The notes under the pieces: model-generated
Database searches by the model: none
What the model saw: the letters and a program-made list of their open reading frames with translations, nothing else
What the model was told of the DNA's origin: nothing
Position numbers and translations under genes: made by a program
Shown: piece after piece, positions 57,608-64,000 of the stretch
Position numbering within the stretch: position 1 is the first letter of the stretch
How the letters are laid out: each line of letters opens with the position of its first letter
Assembly: GCA_905178155.1 (NCBI GenBank)
Contig: CAJINV010000005.1
Coordinates: 4,505,556 to 4,569,555 of the forward strand
Length of the DNA: 64,000 nucleotides
Direction: 5' to 3'
Origin: Amoebophrya sp. A120
Taxonomy: Eukaryota > Protista > Dinoflagellata

Positions 57608-58393
57608 TCACAGCTCCCCTGCGTCGTTTTCTACTCCAACGTCAATGGTTCCCCCAAGATCTCCAATTCTCCGCGCGCGCCGCAACTGCTGGATCTCCAC
57701 CTGAAGTCGCGCGTTTTCTTGTCGGAGCCTCTGGATGCGGTCGAGGACTTCCCCCTGCAACTTTTCTTCAACTCGAAGCAGGAGCGCCGGAACAGCAGAA
57801 CCACCACCGAAGGGGTCGTATATCTGGTTCACCACGAAGAACTTTTCGTTTTTCGACGTGCTATCGACCCAGTCCACCTGTACGTAGCTGTGCTTTTCTG
57901 CTCGGAGGTTGTGCAGAAGGTCCGAGACGGTTCCCGCTAAGGTCGTGCTCGTGACGATACGCTGCGGGGGGGTGATGAGGCTCAAGTTTATCAGGGACGG
58001 GCGGTGGCTGTACTCAAACACGAAATCCACATAGTCGCCGCGTTTCTTTGGCTCTCCCTTCAATTCCCAGGTCTTGTCTGCTACCGCACTTCCTTCAAAA
58101 TCCCGCTCTCGTTTCACCAGGACCGAGGAGCACCGGGAATGCAGCAGAAGAGGGAGATGCGACGTGTCCAAGAGCTGCTGTCGTGTGTCAAGCGTGTTGG
58201 AAAGGAATTCTTCCAGCTCCCCGCTTGTTATCACTCCTCTCCGCACCAGCTCTGCTAATTCTGTTCGTTCTTCGTGCCGTCTCTGCATCGCATCGGCGCG
58301 AGACGTTGATCTAAATGCTGTAGCTGCAGTTGTTGTAGAAATTTCTGCGGGGCTGGGAGAGTCGAACTGTCTAGCGTAGAAAAAGGTCTTCAA
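57608..58393 (-). CDS. Hypothetical protein with C-terminal coiled coil, co-oriented with the retrotransposon
   Basis: 261-codon ORF with globular-like composition; LDRIQRLRQENARLQVEIQQLRR; start uncertain. Confidence 0.45.
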   Translation of the reverse strand: MKTFFYARQFDSPSPAEISTTTAATAFRSTSRADAMQRRHEERTELAELVRRGVITSGELEEFLSNTLDTRQQLLDTSHLPLLLHSRCSSVLVKRERDFEGSAVADKTWELKGEPKKRGDYVDFVFEYSHRPSLINLSLITPPQRIVTSTTLAGTVSDLLHNLRAEKHSYVQVDWVDSTSKNEKFFVVNQIYDPFGGGSAVPALLLRVEEKLQGEVLDRIQRLRQENARLQVEIQQLRRARRIGDLGGTIDVGVENDAGEL

Positions 58394-59128
58394 GAAATCA
58401 CCGAAGGCGGACCCCTGGCGCCCTTGCTGCTAACCTGGACGCGGATGGACTATGACGGTCCTCTGCCTCGGATCACTGGCACTGCCACTGGGATGCGTGG
58501 GATTAGCTAGACAACGACCACCCTTTTGTTTTGCGCGTCTCTGTATTTGTTGCTGTTGCTGCGTGTCCGTCGCCGCTTCGGACCGCGCCAAAATGGCGAA
58601 ATCTTCACTGTCCGGTCTCGGCTATCCACTAGCACGTGGCCGGCCGAACTATGACGACCGGAAGTGAGTCACACTTGCCTTTCCTAGACGAGCAACATCT
58701 CTCGCGGTTCGTTATGATGGTGGCTTCTGTTGTAGTTGTTCTGGGGGCGTGGACTGCATGTCGGGGTTGTTGTAGCAGGTTGCTGTCGTCTTTCCTGGTG
58801 CTTTTCCAACCGGAGAAGGAGTATGCACGAGGGCACTATCAGGCCCTGCGCTGCTCGTCCCTGTAGCTAGGTCGGCCCCACGAAAAACAGACGGAAATAA
58901 GGAAAACAATACCACAAAGTGGAGGAGTGATGGTCCGGGTCATGAGTATTTCGCGGGAGACGCCTCGGGGAGAACCTATAGCCGAATAGGCCAGGTAATC
59001 CCCAAGAGTCTCGGCACACGGCCATCAGGATCCTATTTGCATTTCCATTTGATTCCTTCGGAGATCATAGATTCTGATCGCAGTACCTCGATGGATACAG
59101 GATAGATCCCAGATCTGACGAATTCCTC

Positions 59129-59228
59129 NNNNNNNNNNNNNNNNNNNNNNNNNNNNNNNNNNNNNNNNNNNNNNNNNNNNNNNNNNNNNNNNNNNNNNNN
59201 NNNNNNNNNNNNNNNNNNNNNNNNNNNN
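59129..59228. other. Assembly gap (100 N)
   Basis: Run of N. Confidence 1.
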
Positions 59229-59638
59229 GCGCTGCGGGAAGCGACTACAAGCAAAGAAAGACGGTGGACACTTCTTGAACGCTTGAGCCAGGAAAGGTGC
59301 CTAAACTCTAGCAAAATGCCCACGTGATAGATGTAAGCGCGACCCCGTTCACACACTTAAAGAAGAGAAAAGGCGCGACGGCGATTAGGCGCATGCTATG
59401 CACCACATCAGCCCGCATGGGAGTAACCTTATCGGACAAAGAGTAAGAAGAGAAACGCGCTCCCAAGAGAAACGCCCGAAGCCTTACATAGGTCAGCAAA
59501 TAGCCCCGCGCTTTGGTCTACCCCTGTCGTGTTTTTTTTCGCCCGCCCGTAAGGATTGCGCATTTTTGGAAGCCACCCCCCCACGTAAGTTATACCCTCG
59601 AGTCCTTTCGCTTTTTAGTGGCGCACCCAAAAAAGAAA

Positions 59639-62600
59639 ATGGCGAAGCTGGAACTCAGTGAGCGCATCGCCTGGCCCGACCGGTGTGAGGTCTGTCATTT
59701 TCGCCGCCGGGACGTTGAGAACGACTCCGACTGCTGCCGCGTGTGCAATGGATTTAGCACCGCCTGCGATAAGTGCCAGACCCGATACCCAGCCGGGTAC
59801 TTCAATTATCCCGATCGCATCAATGCCCTTCGGTGCGAGGAAATTCAGAAGAGCCAGAAGTGGCCGCGCCCTGTGCCGCCATTAACCCACAGCGGTTTTT
59901 TTCCTGTCCTCGAAGTGTTCGAGGCGCTTGCTGGTGATGCAGCACCACAGGCCCCGACCCAACTGGACAACCTTTGCCGGCCGTGCGCCATCAAGGCCAA
60001 CGTCTTCACTGCGCCGGAGTACGCTCTCCCCCACCCGCCCGAGGTTTGGGGAGAGATGGAAGTAGAAGCAGCCCCGTGCAAGTGGTGTGGCGTGTATGTT
60101 TACGAAAATACGGAGGCAACGTGGGACCCTGCAACAGAGCAGCAGAAGACCTGCATCCTCTGCAACGACGGCGCGGAGGCGCTTTCCTCGGACTTTTGGG
60201 AAAGGTTGACCGATGGCCGGGAGGAATACATCCATGAGTGGGAGACGGTTCCGAAGGCCTCCGCCCTGTACGCGCGAGCAAATTCCAACGTCGCTATGAT
60301 GCGCTACCAATATGAACCACGGGACGCGCGGAGGCACACCAAGAAGGAGCGGAAGTACATGGGCCGGCGCGCCGAGTCGTTTCCCTTGGGCTCCCAGTTG
60401 TTCTCGTTCGGGACTGGCCTATGGTGCCCCAACTACTTAGCGGACTGCCTCGGGATCAAAGTGGCTCTGACGGTGGCGGCAGGAGGGAAGTCGCCGCGGG
60501 CGCAGGAAAAAAAGGCAGCCGCCGACATGCTCGGGCTCCTGACCCGGAGGAACCGCGGGCACCCGGTCTACAGCCATGTAAATTTTCAGCGCTACCTGAA
60601 CGACCCGGGGCCAATTACCGGGCTCGGGCTTGAGCTTGACGCCGGGGGGGTTTGTGGGGTGACCATTCGCGTAAACGCCGGACGCATGCGCGAAGGGTCC
60701 GAGATTTTTTTCCCCACGAAGGAGCAGCACGACATGGATGCGAAGAAGATCCACCAAAAGCATGAGGACCTGACGCGGTTGTGGGAGCAGTTGCTCGGCG
60801 TCGAGTTTCCGCTGCTTTTCGTGAACGGCCTGACTTTGCCGGCCAACGTGACTACGAAGTGCTTTCTCCGCCAGTATTTCGCACGCCCGGAAATGATGAG
60901 CCCCGTGCTCCATGACCTCCACCAGGAGCTGCTCCTGCGCTTTTCCCTCAATCAGCGGCAGCGCCTCATCCTCGCCTATTCGGCAGCGTACCAAAAAAGC
61001 CACCCGGGAAAGCTTCCCCGCCGCCTGCCCGCCAACGTGCCCGGCTCGTTAGAAGAAGTCGCGGAACAGCGGGGCAAGGCGTTCGCCATCATGCGCAAGC
61101 TCGGCGCTGCGGACCTCATGACGACCGCGACGCAAGCAGACGACACGCGCGAACTTGTCGCCGAGGCTTCGCGCAGACCCTGGGGCACCTGTGGCGTTCT
61201 CGACGAACCCGCTGCAAGCGTGCGCGCCTTTCAAGCGAAGATGTGGCTGCACACGGACAGCCTGGAGCAAATCTACGGCCCCTGCGCCGCAGTAACTTGG
61301 GGAAAAGAGGCCCAGCCCAGCAGCGGCAGACCGCACCAGCACACTCTGACGTGGTTCCTGCTTCCGCTTTTGCTCGAGCAGGATTTCGATGAATTCATTA
61401 CCCGCAGCCGCGACTTCATTCCCCAAGACTGCCCCGCTTGGAAAGAAACCGCCGACAAAGTTTTCTACCATAACCACACAGCGGCCTGCTTGCGACCCGG
61501 CCAGACGCAGTGCCTCCGGCGCATTCCTGCCGTGGTCGTTGCGGTCACATATCTCGACGACCGGGGCTTCTTGCAGATCGAGACCGACCCCGCCGATGTG
61601 ATGTTCGTCGGTATCGACAAAAAGACCTTCTGCCGGTTTCGTGCGCATTGCCACGCAACAGGGGTCGGGGGGGCCAACAAAGTCCGCTACGTGATCACCT
61701 ACCCGATTAAGAAGATGAAGCCCCTCGGGAAAAACACGGAGCAGGGAAGCTGGCAAATGTTCGAGCAGGACGGGCGCTTTAATGAGGTCGAGACGCTTCA
61801 CGCGGCCCAGGTGCTTCCCGCGTCGGATGCGGCTGCCGAGCTCTATGGCTTCAACCGGCTCGGGGTCCACGTCCCCGACGGCCTTCTCCGTCCGATTCTC
61901 GTAAATGAGTACCACATCGACTCCGCGCGTTGTTTCCGTATGGCGGCAGGGCCGACGGATTACGTCAGCAACTGGCTCGACCGGCCGGAAAAATATCGCT
62001 CTTGGTCGCTTGAACGGTTCTCCCTCGGCACTATCCCGTCGGCAGACGCGCGGCTTCTGGCGCCTTTCATGCACTGGCGCCCAGCGATCCACGAGGAAGA
62101 GTTTCGCGGGGAGACGCGGTTCGGCGTTGTCTTGGAATTGCAGACGCTTCGGGAGTTCGTCCAGTTCTTAGAGGAACACCGGAAGGAAATTCGCGGCAAC
62201 ACGGCGGGCGCGCTCGAGAAAGCCAGGCGCATCCTCGCAAAACGCGACCCCTTTCGGGAGATCGCCCACATCCGCGGCAAAAATTTCGGGGACACCTATC
62301 TGCTGTGGCTTTGTGGGCTGCATCTTGTTGAAAGGGCTGACGTGGAGGAGTATTTTGACGACCCCGCAGCGAGCATGCGGCGCTGGAATTACCCCGCCCA
62401 CCTTGCGGGGTTTGTTTTTCAAAACTTTTTGGATGAACTCACCCAATTGCGGCCGCAGACCGGCCCGCTGACGCTTTTCGTGAAGTACTTCACAAACTTC
62501 CAGGCGGAGGCCCGGCAGATTGCATGGCAGTGGCTTGAGGACGAACATGGAATCCCGGCGAAGGTCATCGCGCAGCGGCTCGAGCGCGAAGGCATCGACC

Positions 62601-64000
62601 GCCACACGATTCGCCAGACCCGCCCGGACGCGGCCACCCACCTGATGACCTTCGGATCCGACCGCGAGCGACGGCAGTACTATGTCGACGCATACCACGC
62701 CCGCATCCGCGCAAACCGCCAGGCACACGCGCGGGAGTTCGCAAACCTTCTCCATGGTGCCGACCCGAACGCGATCGAGATGACACCCGGACAGAAAGCA
62801 GCCTTCTATGAGTTCATGGACGGCGGCACCGAGACCCCTAACGCGGTCGCCGACGTTGTTGCATGCGACGAAGCTGCCGGGGCCGGCAAGGCCATTCTGA
62901 TTCGTGCAATCGAGCTCGCCTCCTACCTTCGGGGCCTTGTCATTATTCTGCTCGCCTCCACCGGGCAGGCCGCCACAATCATCGGCGGCAAGACAATGCA
63001 CGACGGCCTCGGGATGACGATCGAGCTCGAGGACAGCAAGGCTTGGGGGGAGGAGGCGCAAGCACTTGCCGGCGCGGCCGACATTGTTCTGATCGATGAG
63101 GACGCCATGGGTAACGCTGAGTGGTTCGAGACTGGGGAGAAAAAGGTCGGCGATCAGACGCTTCTTTGGATGCAGGCCCTTGGCAAGGCGTCGGGCCGGG
63201 CACGCGCGAAGCCCTGGGGCGCGAAGAAGGTCGGGCTCCTCGGCGACACCCACCAGCTTCCCAGCGTGTTGCGACTCACAAAAGCCACGGACGCCCTTCT
63301 TGCTGGATCGCCGACGCCGTTCGCCCGGTATGTGGAGACCCTCCCACGCGTGCGCTACATCTACACCGACAACGGGAAACACAACCCGCGCTACGACACA
63401 CAGGAATGGAGTGAAGAGCTGGACCCTATTCGAACGGGCGAGACGAAGGAGATCGACCTCACCACCTTCGGGCGGGTCGGCGCTGCGGACGCGGAATACT
63501 CCTACCAATGGCTTGGGGAGCGTGTTCGCATTGGTGGCGGCGTCGATGCCCTGAACAAAGTGGAGATCGTTGTCGGCACCCATCGCGAACGCCGCCGGGT
63601 TCTCGGGGTGCGCGCGCGGGCTTTGCGTTCCCTGCGGGTCGCGTGCCGCACATACAAACCCCTGATGCTCAACATGCAGAATCCATTGCTTGAAGGCTTC
63701 GAGACCGAAGAATCGACACGGTCGGAGGCTCTGGAGCTCTTCATCGGTGAGCGCGTCGCCCTTACGGGCCCACTCAGATTATTGCAACGCACATACGCGA
63801 CCAACTCCCGCGGCATCCTTCGCGGGTTCGGCGACACTTTCGTCCTTGTGCGATTTGACGACACAGGGATGGAGGAAGAAGTGCCGCTCAACAGTACCTG
63901 GGAAGAAGACGTGGACGCGGATCCGGGCGCGCGCTGGTTGGTTTTGGCGATCGGGGTCCGTGCCAGCGTGGTCAGCACGATCCACAGCTTCCAGGGGCGC
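59639..64000 (+). CDS. Helitron Rep-helicase (HUH endonuclease + PIF1-like SF1 helicase), 3' truncated by the window end
   Basis: Manual translation from ATG 59639, all motifs in one frame: Cys-rich zinc fingers, motif I LPANVPGS..AFAIMRKLGAADLMTTAT, motif II EAQPSSGRPHQH (H at 61334 and 61340), motif III YVITYPIK (61688), Walker A AGAGKA, ASTGQAATIIGGKTMH, IDE, LGDTHQLPSV, STIHSFQG. Confidence 0.9.
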   Translation, partial: MAKLELSERIAWPDRCEVCHFRRRDVENDSDCCRVCNGFSTACDKCQTRYPAGYFNYPDRINALRCEEIQKSQKWPRPVPPLTHSGFFPVLEVFEALAGDAAPQAPTQLDNLCRPCAIKANVFTAPEYALPHPPEVWGEMEVEAAPCKWCGVYVYENTEATWDPATEQQKTCILCNDGAEALSSDFWERLTDGREEYIHEWETVPKASALYARANSNVAMMRYQYEPRDARRHTKKERKYMGRRAESFPLGSQLFSFGTGLWCPNYLADCLGIKVALTVAAGGKSPRAQEKKAAADMLGLLTRRNRGHPVYSHVNFQRYLNDPGPITGLGLELDAGGVCGVTIRVNAGRMREGSEIFFPTKEQHDMDAKKIHQKHEDLTRLWEQLLGVEFPLLFVNGLTLPANVTTKCFLRQYFARPEMMSPVLHDLHQELLLRFSLNQRQRLILAYSAAYQKSHPGKLPRRLPANVPGSLEEVAEQRGKAFAIMRKLGAADLMTTATQADDTRELVAEASRRPWGTCGVLDEPAASVRAFQAKMWLHTDSLEQIYGPCAAVTWGKEAQPSSGRPHQHTLTWFLLPLLLEQDFDEFITRSRDFIPQDCPAWKETADKVFYHNHTAACLRPGQTQCLRRIPAVVVAVTYLDDRGFLQIETDPADVMFVGIDKKTFCRFRAHCHATGVGGANKVRYVITYPIKKMKPLGKNTEQGSWQMFEQDGRFNEVETLHAAQVLPASDAAAELYGFNRLGVHVPDGLLRPILVNEYHIDSARCFRMAAGPTDYVSNWLDRPEKYRSWSLERFSLGTIPSADARLLAPFMHWRPAIHEEEFRGETRFGVVLELQTLREFVQFLEEHRKEIRGNTAGALEKARRILAKRDPFREIAHIRGKNFGDTYLLWLCGLHLVERADVEEYFDDPAASMRRWNYPAHLAGFVFQNFLDELTQLRPQTGPLTLFVKYFTNFQAEARQIAWQWLEDEHGIPAKVIAQRLEREGIDRHTIRQTRPDAATHLMTFGSDRERRQYYVDAYHARIRANRQAHAREFANLLHGADPNAIEMTPGQKAAFYEFMDGGTETPNAVADVVACDEAAGAGKAILIRAIELASYLRGLVIILLASTGQAATIIGGKTMHDGLGMTIELEDSKAWGEEAQALAGAADIVLIDEDAMGNAEWFETGEKKVGDQTLLWMQALGKASGRARAKPWGAKKVGLLGDTHQLPSVLRLTKATDALLAGSPTPFARYVETLPRVRYIYTDNGKHNPRYDTQEWSEELDPIRTGETKEIDLTTFGRVGAADAEYSYQWLGERVRIGGGVDALNKVEIVVGTHRERRRVLGVRARALRSLRVACRTYKPLMLNMQNPLLEGFETEESTRSEALELFIGERVALTGPLRLLQRTYATNSRGILRGFGDTFVLVRFDDTGMEEEVPLNSTWEEDVDADPGARWLVLAIGVRASVVSTIHSFQGR

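Larger units (their letters stand above)
46856..59030 (-). mobile_element. Large non-LTR retrotransposon (Ingi/I-group-like); 5' boundary inferred
   Basis: GC-rich block in AT-rich flanks; APE-RT-RNase H ORF; short A-rich 3' end after the stop; no clear TSD found. Confidence 0.6.

Noticed and set aside
61961-61984. YVSNWLDR as a single-tyrosine HUH motif III
   Set aside because: A better two-tyrosine motif, YVITYPIK, lies at 61688
61049-63583. 347-aa and 471-aa minus-strand ORFs
   Set aside because: Antisense shadows of the Helitron ORF

Overview
Eukaryotic genomic DNA, most likely a parasitic dinoflagellate of the Amoebophrya/Syndiniales type. This is inferred from the intron style, the single-strand gene block and the alveolate-type P4-ATPase-cyclase. 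Bases 1-43.1 kb hold six host genes, all on the + strand: a hypothetical protein, a CCR4/nocturnin-like EEP-ankyrin fusion, a flavin monooxygenase, an ABCG transporter, a UXT-like prefoldin and a ~21 kb P4-ATPase-guanylyl cyclase. Their coding sequences are interrupted by 23 elements with terminal inverted repeats (TIRs) from about 7 families. Most are 200-330 bp, read TAT...ATA and have 5-bp target duplications. Removing an element plus one duplicate restores the frame and conserved motifs (DKTGT, SDHFP, PVSLY), so they behave as introner-type introns. Most are non-GT-AG and they occur in both orientations. The TAT...ATA families largely share an internal GCATGACA/TGTCATGC motif. At three loci a 37-65 bp piece of local sequence is present in three copies separated by unrelated 0.4-1.1 kb inserts (palindrome arrays, a satellite, a possible tyrosine-recombinase fragment). 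The right part contains a large non-LTR retrotransposon on the - strand (APE-RT-RNase H plus unusual extra ORFs), a 100-N gap, and a Helitron Rep-helicase ORF that runs off the window and is absent from the ORF track. All splice models were deduced by eye, without transcript data.
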